Virus record (IMG/VR): IMGVR_UViG_3300020595_000028
Location: 4,955-68,954 of that record
DNA: 64,000 bases
Source of the DNA: a virus
Direction: 5' to 3' (one strand)
The notes under the pieces are model-generated. The model searched no databases. It was not told the origin of the DNA and saw only the letters and a list, made by a program, of their open reading frames with translations. This document shows positions 54,518 to 62,903 of the stretch, in pieces (the first letter of the stretch is position 1; every line of letters begins with the position of its first letter). The position numbers and the translations under genes are program-made.

Positions 54518-54832
54518 TTAAGCGCTAGTGCCGCCGAATACTTTAAGGCAGTTTTGTAGCATAACCATACCGAATTGGGTTGGTTTAATGTTTGGGTACT
54601 CATAAGCTAGTTGAACAGTCTGAATAGCAAAGTTCATAATAGCAGGTTGGTCAGCACTACTATCAACAACAATGTCGATTGCATTAGTACGAGACAATCC
54701 TTTGTCACGAGCATCTGCGATGTTGAAAGCCATTACTGATATTGTAGTGCAGAACGGGACTGGTGGTTGTGCAGCCTGTGCAGTGGTTACAGTTAGAGTA
54801 AGTGCGATAGCGGCGATGATTGATTTAAACAT
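54518..54832 (-). CDS. Secreted protein (signal peptide, Cys pair)
   Basis: MFKSIIAAIAL...AQA. Confidence 0.6.
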   Translation of the reverse strand: MFKSIIAAIALTLTVTTAQAAQPPVPFCTTISVMAFNIADARDKGLSRTNAIDIVVDSSADQPAIMNFAIQTVQLAYEYPNIKPTQFGMVMLQNCLKVFGGTSA

Positions 54833-54856
54833 AGTTAGTCCTTTCAAGACTTTGAT

Positions 54857-54873
54857 TTCTTCGTTATAGAGGG
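54857..54873 (-). promoter_or_regulatory. Class I (early) promoter-like repeat CCCTCTATAACGAAGAA
   Basis: Identical at 54857, 56131 and 58099; each about 20-25 nt upstream of a start codon. Confidence 0.7.
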
Positions 54874-54889
54874 TTAGTTCTTCTCAGTC

Positions 54890-55264
54890 TTACCAGTCAT
54901 CACCTAGAGTGATTTGGTTGCTGTTTTTCGATTTGGTGTTTGCTATTTGAGCACGAAGTAGTTCAAGCTCAAGTTGTTCTCTTTCAAGCTGAATTTCCTG
55001 ACGCTTAATAGAGATGTCATACAGGCGGTTACAGTCTACTTTGCGTAGCTTCTTTTTACCTAATTGTATTTTATAGGTTGCCGACAAGGTTCCTTCATTT
55101 GTAGCAGTGTTAATGCTAGTTCCGAATTCCATTGTACGACCTGTGTCTTCGTTTTGTGAACAACCAGCACCGTTGCTAGTTTGGACATTGTAGCTATTTG
55201 CGGACGCCATTGATGATAAGGCGACTACAGACAATACTGATAATGCTAGGCTTACTTTCTTCAT
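54890..55264 (-). CDS. Secreted protein with coiled-coil C-terminus
   Basis: Signal peptide, C...C pair, heptads. Confidence 0.6.
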   Translation of the reverse strand: MKKVSLALSVLSVVALSSMASANSYNVQTSNGAGCSQNEDTGRTMEFGTSINTATNEGTLSATYKIQLGKKKLRKVDCNRLYDISIKRQEIQLEREQLELELLRAQIANTKSKNSNQITLGDDW

Positions 55265-55580
55265 AACCAACTCCTATTAGTTTTGAACATACAAGAAGCT
55301 TTCTTTGTCCTACAGACTTAAAGTCTATTGATACTTGCTTCTTGCTTTTGGGTTTCATTTTATAAGTTTCTTTAGAAGTCCTCCAACCATCAGCTGGAGA
55401 ACCATCTTTGTTTAGCACATAGACTTCCATAGTTATTGGGAAGCCATAATGGTTCTCTAGCTCGTAAGTCTTCGTATAGACCGGAGCAGGAGCATATTCA
55501 GTCTCAAACCCCGGCGACATAGAGTGCGCCGAGGAGAGAGCAGGTAACAGCAGCAGTACCATAGCTACAATATACTTCAT
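55194..55580 (-). CDS. Secreted Ig-fold/pilus-chaperone-like protein (tentative)
   Basis: Signal peptide then AH.M.P, L.N, beta-strand pattern, terminal Cys pair. Confidence 0.45.
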   Translation of the reverse strand: MKYIVAMVLLLLPALSSAHSMSPGFETEYAPAPVYTKTYELENHYGFPITMEVYVLNKDGSPADGWRTSKETYKMKPKSKKQVSIDFKSVGQRKLLVCSKLIGVGYEESKPSIISIVCSRLIINGVRK

Positions 55581-55581
55581 A

Positions 55582-56106
55582 TTACTGTAGGCAAGTTACT
55601 GTGTGATTGATTTTGTAATCCGTGTCGTCGGTGATGTTTAGTGTTTCATCTTCTGTCATAGTAGCTTTACCGCCAATTGAGAAGGTTACTTTAGTAACAC
55701 CGTTGCCGTTTTTCTTTAGATTACCAGCTGTCAGGCTGTTTGAGTTCCGGTTAGTAGTAGCATCATTCTTGCCTTTAACACTGATAGTAGACTGTGGAAG
55801 ATAGTTAACAACTACATCCGCTACATCTGTGTTGTTAGTAGTGCGTAGCTTGTTGTCAGACTCAACCTTTACATTGTTAGTATTACGAACCTTAAGAACA
55901 ACAACCGCGTTAGAAGTTGTATTCCAAGTCATAGTAGCATCGTCATAGGACATTGTGCCTGCTTGGTTCTTTTTAAACTGGCAGTCGCCAGAGCCGTGAA
56001 CTACACCAGAGTCGCCACCCCAAGTGGCAGTTCCTGAACCGTTGTTAGCGAAAGAAGCAGTAGCAGTTACAGAAGCGATGATAGCGGAGATTACGAGAGT
56101 TTTCAT
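55582..56106 (-). CDS. Secreted pilin-like beta protein (tentative)
   Basis: Signal peptide, G.V...C.F, G.M, Thr/Asn-rich, C-terminal TVTC. Confidence 0.45.
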   Translation of the reverse strand: MKTLVISAIIASVTATASFANNGSGTATWGGDSGVVHGSGDCQFKKNQAGTMSYDDATMTWNTTSNAVVVLKVRNTNNVKVESDNKLRTTNNTDVADVVVNYLPQSTISVKGKNDATTNRNSNSLTAGNLKKNGNGVTKVTFSIGGKATMTEDETLNITDDTDYKINHTVTCLQ

Positions 56107-56130
56107 AGTTAGTCCTTTCAAGACTTTGTT

Positions 56131-56147
56131 TTCTTCGTTATAGAGGG
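56131..56147 (-). promoter_or_regulatory. Class I (early) promoter-like repeat
   Basis: CCCTCTATAACGAAGAA. Confidence 0.7.
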
Positions 56148-56161
56148 TAGTATTTCCCCAC

Positions 56162-56566
56162 TTATTTGTAGGGTGTTTCGTTTGTGTAGAATAGGTGATT
56201 ACCTATCTTACCGTCGTACTCGTAGTGTTTAGTCCAGAAGGGTGAGACCTCCACAGAGTGGTAGTGTGTGGCTGTTAAGCCCAGTTGATTAGTACTACCA
56301 TCCAAGACGTCAGAGGCTAGCTCTTTGATGCCTCTCCAGGCCTGTCTGTCTAAGTATGACATACGAGTTGGGTCGTCATGGATGCCGTCGTGAGTCCAAG
56401 AGAATTGGTTCTTCTCCCAGACAACTTCACAAACAGTATCAGGGTAGCGTTTGTCTGCTACTCTGTTCAGTGTTACTTCAGCCACAGCGAGTTGACCATC
56501 AGTAGTTTCGTGACGTGCTTCAAAGAACACGTTAAGTGCCAAGCACATTGTTGCTGTCATAATCAT
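56162..56566 (-). CDS. SleB-like cell wall hydrolase (Hydrolase_2)
   Basis: CLALNVFFEAR.E...GQLAVAEV.LNRV, YP.TVC.VV...QFSW, IGNH.FY. Confidence 0.88.
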   Translation of the reverse strand: MIMTATMCLALNVFFEARHETTDGQLAVAEVTLNRVADKRYPDTVCEVVWEKNQFSWTHDGIHDDPTRMSYLDRQAWRGIKELASDVLDGSTNQLGLTATHYHSVEVSPFWTKHYEYDGKIGNHLFYTNETPYK

Positions 56567-56733
56567 TGTTATTCTCCATTCAAGGTTTTTGTAAGTTCTT
56601 CTAGATAAGTTTCAACTATCTCAGAGTAGCGGACATCAATGCCTTCTTCCCCTTCGTCATTTAATTCTGCCTCTTCTCTAGCCCAACTTAGTAGGGTCTG
56701 GAAGGTTAGTTGTAGTAGTTCACGTTCACTCAT

Positions 56734-56985
56734 TTACAAGTCCTCCACATAGTTTTCCCAATACTCTGTTTCCATCATAATCGTAGCTAGATTGATTACA
56801 TCTGGGTCAGGCTGTATTTGGTCTGGGTCTAAGTCTTCATCCTTGTAATAGTAGAAGTCTTCGAACTTAGGCTCTTCATAGATTTCAAGACAAGTGCCTT
56901 GCTCGTCTTTATGCAATTCAGCTTCACCAGGAGATACTAGTTCAGCGTAGACTGCTCTTCCATTGATTTCTACTTCATATTCCAT
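56734..56985 (-). CDS. Acidic hypothetical protein
   Basis: ORF track. Confidence 0.5.
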   Translation of the reverse strand: MEYEVEINGRAVYAELVSPGEAELHKDEQGTCLEIYEEPKFEDFYYYKDEDLDPDQIQPDPDVINLATIMMETEYWENYVEDL

Positions 56986-57398
56986 TATTTGAGTACTCCA
57001 TGTTTCTTTTCGATGTGTTCAACGACTTGTTTTACAGTAATGTCGTTCCGAAGAGGTTTAACAATAGCTTTACCTTCTGGGCCTTTCATTCTGATTTCTT
57101 TAACAAGAGCATCTTTCAAGATAATGTCTCCGTCGTCATTCTCCCACGCTGTAATAGCATAGACAGGCTTTTGACACCACATAACCAAGCGGTCAAATAG
57201 TATCTGTTGGCCCTTAGTTATAGGTGAGCCTTTGCGTTTCACTTCTATAAGAATTAGTGCTTTACCTTTTACATCGTAGCAAGCATCGATGTCGGTGAAG
57301 CCACCAACACCTGAGCAGCCTTGAAAGATAATAGCACGATTGAAGTATTCACGATTGCGGATTACTTGTGTATCGGTAGATTTTGTTACGTATGTCAT
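56985..57398 (-). CDS. PD-(D/E)XK nuclease-like protein
   Basis: TDID...LIEVK...GQ. Confidence 0.65.
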   Translation of the reverse strand: MTYVTKSTDTQVIRNREYFNRAIIFQGCSGVGGFTDIDACYDVKGKALILIEVKRKGSPITKGQQILFDRLVMWCQKPVYAITAWENDDGDIILKDALVKEIRMKGPEGKAIVKPLRNDITVKQVVEHIEKKHGVLK

Positions 57399-57402
57399 TC
57401 TA

Positions 57403-57666
57403 TTATCCTTTCTTTTTTTCTGTTTGAGTGCCTACAAGGTTTGAAACTAGAGCAAGAGCATCATAGACAAAGAAGCCTACAACAGTTGCTGTAGCCATTC
57501 CGTTAGAGGGGTCGTGAACAAGCAGAGACATAGCGAGACAACCTGAGCCTAAAGTGGGGTAAGGTTTGGCTATCCAGTCTTGGTTAGTTATTGCGTGAAA
57601 GATGGCTGCGAGAAGTACTCTGTACATTACGCCTAAAAGTGCTAAGCCTATCATTGTGGTCTCCAT
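57403..57666 (-). CDS. Membrane protein
   Basis: Three hydrophobic segments. Confidence 0.5.
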   Translation of the reverse strand: METTMIGLALLGVMYRVLLAAIFHAITNQDWIAKPYPTLGSGCLAMSLLVHDPSNGMATATVVGFFVYDALALVSNLVGTQTEKKKG

Positions 57667-57696
57667 TTCTGGTTAAGTTTGCAAAGCCCGTACAAT

Positions 57697-57990
57697 TCAT
57701 ACGGGGTGGACAGTAGCTACCTCAACGAAGCAGCTAGCGCGGTTTTCAAAGTAGTCACGAGGGAGTACCCACTCAGCAAAAGTGCCGTGGATAGCATCTC
57801 CCTCACATACACCACGGTATGCGTTGAAGTGAGCTGGAAGTTCATCCATCTCGATTTCTACAACAGCGCCTTTAGAGTATTTAGCAGCGTTGTCGAAAGA
57901 GTCAGTCCAGTGAGTTACGTCACGAGTCTGTGTGTCGAGAGCTAGTTCATTAGCTTCACGAATTGTAGTGCCTCTGTAGAATTTAAACAT
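57697..57990 (-). CDS. Putative ADP-ribosyltransferase-fold protein
   Basis: FYRG, HWT.S...A..Y, VVEI, AEWVL (R-S-E-like arrangement). Confidence 0.5.
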   Translation of the reverse strand: MFKFYRGTTIREANELALDTQTRDVTHWTDSFDNAAKYSKGAVVEIEMDELPAHFNAYRGVCEGDAIHGTFAEWVLPRDYFENRASCFVEVATVHPV

Positions 57991-58098
57991 TGTGTTCTCC
58001 TTTTGGTTTGATTAGCTGATGTGTGCGTCGATTGTAGCGATTAGTAGTACTGTGATAAAGCCGATTCCAACATATAGCATGGTAGTCTCCTTTTGGGT

Positions 58099-58115
58099 TT
58101 CTTCGTTATAGAGGG
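58099..58115 (-). promoter_or_regulatory. Class I (early) promoter-like repeat, first after TMP terminator
   Basis: CCCTCTATAACGAAGAA. Confidence 0.7.
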
Positions 58116-58161
58116 CTGTTTTCCCCCACTTTTTTAGCCCAAAAATAGTTCCGGTTTTGAT

Positions 58162-58189
58162 AAAAAAGGCCACCCCCGAAGGGATGACC
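58162..58189 (-). terminator. Rho-independent terminator after tape measure gene
   Basis: Identical to the 50167 terminator (34-bp identity, 58156-58189 vs 50161-50194). Confidence 0.85.
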
Positions 58190-58197
58190 ATTTAGTT

Positions 58198-61100
58198 TTA
58201 TCGTCTGTAGTTGTTCTCTTTGTTCTGAGCATTAACCCCACCAGCAATTTGAGGCATCATCTTGACAATCTCAGCACGAGTTTGACGTGATACGTCACCT
58301 TGCACATTGATGTTGAATGACTGTGTAGATTGACCATTGCCGCCATTTGCATGCATATTAGAAAGCTGGTTCTTAGATAGTACAACCTCTCCAGGCATCA
58401 GCATGGCAGGTACAGAGTCTTTCCCAGCTTGTGAGCCAGGAATATTGGGTACAGTACCGCCCTGAGAGAACCCAAGGAAAGCACCGAACGTGCCACCTGT
58501 AAGGGCGCTAAAGATGCCACCGCCTCCGCCAGAACCCAGTAGACCACTAAGTAGGTTACCACCGCCAGCACCCGCTCCACCGGAGAAGATACCTTTGATT
58601 CCTTCAAACATTTTGCCAAAGAAGCCAGTAATGCTAGACATAATGCCACCTTGAGCGCCGTCTTGTTTTGCTATGGAGCTACTAACAGCTGAAGTTGTCT
58701 TTTCACCAATACTATCACCAAAAGCATTGCTTCCAGCGAATAGTTTAGTTAGCCAACCACCTTTACCTGTTAGACCTTCGAAAAGGCTATCAGTAAAGCC
58801 ATCTACAAAGCTGTCAATGACCTTGCTTGTAAAGCTGTCTAAAAGACCGTGAACGAAGCCCTTGAAGTCGCCTGTCTTAAGCAGGGTAGACAAAGATGCC
58901 TTGAAGTCGTTCTTGAAGGCTTCAGCATAGCTCTCTGCTAACTCAGCTCGTGCTTTATTTTTTGAAAGGTCTCCAACAACTGTTGCCTTGTCTTCATCAG
59001 AAGCATTAATGTCTTCTAGGACAGCAAGTTGAGATTCAGAGGCGTTAGTTAGTTTCCGAAGTTGAGTGAGCAGTTTAGATGCTTGAAGATTACCAATATT
59101 GTCACCACGAGCAAGCGCCACTTCACGGGCCTCTCTGACTTGTTCAATCTGACCAGCTAGACCTCCATCAGAACGACCAATAGGCATGATGCCAGCGTTA
59201 ATCTTAGCCATAAAGCCGGGACCGAACTTTTGTACAGCTGATTGCTGCATAACAAATTCGCCATTAGACAACATCGCAGGGATGTCATCTGAGGTTCCTG
59301 TACCGGGGCCGTTAACGGCACCACCAGTGGCACGAGTAATGAAGTCTTGTTTGCGGAAGGTTGAGTCTTGATTAGCCCCAACATAAAGACGAGCTTCAAT
59401 CATTTTAGAAAAGCCGTCAGCAGATTTTTGTATAGCTGTTGCAGTATTACCTACTGCCTTCTCTAGCTTTTCTAGTACGGCAGTGTTGTTATCTACTTTT
59501 GCAATTTGCTCAATAAAAGCACGGCTGGCAGGGTCTAACGCATCAACCATAGCTTGTGAGCTATTTCGGACTTTAGCAAGAAGTGCTTTGCCCTCTGGGT
59601 CTTCACCGGAATTTACTTTTCCGATAGCGTCTCCGAATTCGCTGCGAGTGTTTTCATTACCAGCACCGACTAGACCTTTTAACCATTCAGGGAAGAGACC
59701 ATGAAAGATGGATTCAAATCCTTCCGCAATAGTAGCTTTAGCACTTTCCCAACCGTTAACAAAGAAGTCCTTTACAGCAACGCCCATTTCAGCAATCTTA
59801 GCGCGTAGTTCAGGGTTGTTAGAGATATCAAACCCTAGCCCCACAGCAGCACCTACAGCAGCGCCGATAGCTGTACCGACACCCGGAATGACACTCCCAA
59901 GTTGTGCGCCTATAACTAAACCAGCTGCAGCGCCATCGAGAGCCTCTCCCGCTCCACCGAGGGAGTCCTCAGGGATGAAAGCAGCAGTCATCTGTTGAGC
60001 TATCAAGCCCATAGTTGCGGCATTTGCGGCAAGCATACCACCACGCATAGCTTTACCAGCGCTTATGCCTATGTTTTCAAATCCAGTTCTAAAGGTCTTG
60101 CTTCTTGAAGCCAACTTGCCAGACCTTATCAGTCCGACTGAGATGCCATCTCTGATAAAGCCAACCGATTTAGCACCAAGAAATGCGCGTCCAATCTTCA
60201 TAGACATGCCAAGCGCAAGCTTAGACATAAACATAACTATTTTTGGGCTGATTAATAGTGCAGCAGCCAACCCTACGAAGACTCCCGCGATGTTGTCTAG
60301 TAGAGTGTTTCTTACTTCATCGCCAAACTCATCAAACTGAGGGTTCTTGATTTCAATTGCATCTCCGAAAGGGTCAAAGCTTGCAATGGTTGAAGTTGGA
60401 AAGAGTCCGTCTATAAAGCTCTTGCCCAGTTCTTTAGCTAGCGTGATTAGCCCTCTACCAATACTACCGACGAAGTCACCCTCACCGCCTTCAAGAACTT
60501 TCCGAATAGCTTCGCCAAGCCCCTGTGCAACGCTTTTAGCAGCTTCTACAAACCTAGGTTCATTCCCAAGGCTTCCAGCAGCAGCGATAACAGCGGTAAT
60601 GATGCCGCCTCTGAGCAACATTTTTCCGAACTTTTCGTTAAGTTTAGCCTTTAAAGCAACAGAAAAGCCAACCGCAATAGCAGCAGCCATGATGTTCTTA
60701 TTACCATCAAAGAACTCAATAATAGTATCACGAATGTTTCCGAGGTTCTTATACAGGTTTCTACCAAGTAGCTCAATACCAATAACCAAAGGTGAATCTT
60801 CTAGAAGTTCTCTAGCTCTTTTAATAGCGGCCTTTGCATTGGCGTAAAGGGGAGTATCTACCGTTTCTTCACCACCTGGTGTTTGAATTGTTTTAGTTAA
60901 AGCTAAGTTTTCTAAAGGTGGGAGGCTTTCAGAGAAAGTACCATAAGATTCTCTCATTCTGCGAAGAGTTTCACCAAACTTTGTTTCTACAGTTTGTAGC
61001 CCAGCAGGTGTGTTAATCTCTTTTACTGTTAAATAAGAATAAAAAGAATCCCAACGGGTTTCCAGGTTTTCAACAGTTGTATTCCACTCTTTGCTTATTT

Positions 61101-62820
61101 TGTCTATTGTTATCGCGAAGTCACTGTCTACAGTTTGTAGCCCAGCAGGTGTGTTAACCTGTGTTGTCATTAAGTAAGCGTAGAAAGAATCCCAACGGGT
61201 TTTCATGTTTTCAACAGTTTCACCCCACTTTAGGCTTATTGTGTCTAAACCGATTTTTAGGTTAGTATCAACTTCTTCTAACCCACCCGGAGTTTCAACT
61301 GTTTTAGTTGTTAGGAATTTTCTGAAGTTACCCCAAGCGTCTTTCATCTTCTCTATAGCGGAGTCAAACCCTGCGGAAAGAGAGTCCATAGTAATGTCTT
61401 CAAAGCTTAGTGTGTTGACGTAACCAACAAGGGCTTTCCAAGTAGTAGTAATAGACTTGTGTAAGTTAGAGAACACTCTTTTTAGAGTCTTCACCCAAGA
61501 TTCGATGTATTCTTTAGCAGCTATTAAGCCTTTACCCCAAGAACCTGTGTTGCCAATAGCGGCGGCACCGTTGTGTTCGTGGTTAATGTCAAAGATACCT
61601 GTCCAAAGGGAGTTACCAACGATTGCGGACCACAACCCCCAGAATAGGTCTTTTATAGTTGTAACAAAGCTAGTAACGGCCAGAATAGCAGCATCGAAAC
61701 CCTTAATAAAACCTTGTGATACATCAATAGGTTGAACAGTGAGAACATCTCCGAACTCATCGTACTTCGGAGGTTTCTTGAAAAAGTTTCTGATAGAAGC
61801 GTTAATGTCTGCTATCTTCTTTACAACCTTGTCTTTTAGTCTGTCTAGAGAACCTAGCAAGTTGTTTGCTAGTTGTTCTCCATCAATGTTTCCTGTAAAC
61901 AAATCACCTAAGAAAGTTTTTGTGTCTTCTACAAAGAAACGAATACGACCTGATAACAGTAGGAGTTGGGTGTCAACAATTAAAGCCCAAGTACCAATGT
62001 TTTCTCCGAAAGAACGAACAGCGTTGGTTGCAAGGAGAATACCCTTTTTGATATCACTAGATATCCCTAAAACCTTATCCATTTCTGAAATAGCACGAGT
62101 AAATTCATTCTTAAATACAGTCGATAAACCACCAACAGTAGCTTTCAAAAGCAAGTACTCGTCATCAATATCTTGAGCACCCTTGATAATAGCATCATAA
62201 ACAGCTTCAGCGGTAACAAGACCAGCCATAGCGCTTTCACGAAGTTTACCAAAAGGGATGCCCATACCTTCAGCAATAGCTTGTGCCAAACGAGGCATCT
62301 GTTCTAGTACTGAGTTCAATTCCTGACCCCGGAGCTGACCAGAGGCCAAGCCCTGACCAAGCTGAACAATAGCAGCTTTAGCAGACTCTGAACTAGAACC
62401 AGAGATAACACCCGCTTTTTGTACAGCTTCTGTTACAACTAAAAGTTCTTTAAGAGGTTTGTTCTGGTCTTTTAAAGCTAAACCAAAACGACTAAAGGTG
62501 TCCGCCGCAGCGCCAACATCAGAGCGAGAGCGAGCAGCAATGCTGAATAACTCTTTCATTACTGCATTGGTTTTAGCCATATCCCTAGTAACAAGGTTTA
62601 CACGGTTGCCCATGTTAGTCATGGCGTCAGAGGCTCTGACTATGCCTCTGGTTACACCACCAGCGGCAAAGGCTGCAGTAAGGCCTATAGCAAGTTTTTG
62701 AAATGTACTTGTAACACTTTTAGCTTGTTTGTCAATGTTACTGATAGAACGAGATAGCTTTCCCATTTCTGCAGTAGCTTGTCGTGAGTCTGCGCGTATC
62801 TTAATATTAACGCCAGTCAT
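58198..62820 (-). CDS. Tail tape measure protein
   Basis: Tape-measure domain QLGQGLASGQLRGQELNSVLEQMPRLA; two GG.V.G...DD/S.PAML..GE.V motifs; AGGAG RBS supports start 62820. Confidence 0.92.
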   Translation of the reverse strand: MTGVNIKIRADSRQATAEMGKLSRSISNIDKQAKSVTSTFQKLAIGLTAAFAAGGVTRGIVRASDAMTNMGNRVNLVTRDMAKTNAVMKELFSIAARSRSDVGAAADTFSRFGLALKDQNKPLKELLVVTEAVQKAGVISGSSSESAKAAIVQLGQGLASGQLRGQELNSVLEQMPRLAQAIAEGMGIPFGKLRESAMAGLVTAEAVYDAIIKGAQDIDDEYLLLKATVGGLSTVFKNEFTRAISEMDKVLGISSDIKKGILLATNAVRSFGENIGTWALIVDTQLLLLSGRIRFFVEDTKTFLGDLFTGNIDGEQLANNLLGSLDRLKDKVVKKIADINASIRNFFKKPPKYDEFGDVLTVQPIDVSQGFIKGFDAAILAVTSFVTTIKDLFWGLWSAIVGNSLWTGIFDINHEHNGAAAIGNTGSWGKGLIAAKEYIESWVKTLKRVFSNLHKSITTTWKALVGYVNTLSFEDITMDSLSAGFDSAIEKMKDAWGNFRKFLTTKTVETPGGLEEVDTNLKIGLDTISLKWGETVENMKTRWDSFYAYLMTTQVNTPAGLQTVDSDFAITIDKISKEWNTTVENLETRWDSFYSYLTVKEINTPAGLQTVETKFGETLRRMRESYGTFSESLPPLENLALTKTIQTPGGEETVDTPLYANAKAAIKRARELLEDSPLVIGIELLGRNLYKNLGNIRDTIIEFFDGNKNIMAAAIAVGFSVALKAKLNEKFGKMLLRGGIITAVIAAAGSLGNEPRFVEAAKSVAQGLGEAIRKVLEGGEGDFVGSIGRGLITLAKELGKSFIDGLFPTSTIASFDPFGDAIEIKNPQFDEFGDEVRNTLLDNIAGVFVGLAAALLISPKIVMFMSKLALGMSMKIGRAFLGAKSVGFIRDGISVGLIRSGKLASRSKTFRTGFENIGISAGKAMRGGMLAANAATMGLIAQQMTAAFIPEDSLGGAGEALDGAAAGLVIGAQLGSVIPGVGTAIGAAVGAAVGLGFDISNNPELRAKIAEMGVAVKDFFVNGWESAKATIAEGFESIFHGLFPEWLKGLVGAGNENTRSEFGDAIGKVNSGEDPEGKALLAKVRNSSQAMVDALDPASRAFIEQIAKVDNNTAVLEKLEKAVGNTATAIQKSADGFSKMIEARLYVGANQDSTFRKQDFITRATGGAVNGPGTGTSDDIPAMLSNGEFVMQQSAVQKFGPGFMAKINAGIMPIGRSDGGLAGQIEQVREAREVALARGDNIGNLQASKLLTQLRKLTNASESQLAVLEDINASDEDKATVVGDLSKNKARAELAESYAEAFKNDFKASLSTLLKTGDFKGFVHGLLDSFTSKVIDSFVDGFTDSLFEGLTGKGGWLTKLFAGSNAFGDSIGEKTTSAVSSSIAKQDGAQGGIMSSITGFFGKMFEGIKGIFSGGAGAGGGNLLSGLLGSGGGGGIFSALTGGTFGAFLGFSQGGTVPNIPGSQAGKDSVPAMLMPGEVVLSKNQLSNMHANGGNGQSTQSFNINVQGDVSRQTRAEIVKMMPQIAGGVNAQNKENNYRR

Positions 62821-62840
62821 ATGTATTCTCCTAAATAAAT

Positions 62841-62893
62841 AAAAAAAAGCCCCTAACAGTGAGATTCCGTATTGCGGAAACACCATCAGGGGC
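62841..62893 (-). terminator. Long hairpin plus T8 directly upstream of TMP RBS
   Basis: GCCCCTGATGGTG...CACTGTTAGGGGC-TTTTTTTT. Confidence 0.7.
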
Positions 62894-62903
62894 GATTATC
62901 ATA

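Noticed and set aside
62821-62886. Longer TMP start at 62886 (and 50178 for the GIY-YIG gene)
   Set aside because: These starts lie inside terminator hairpins; the downstream ATGs have proper RBSs.
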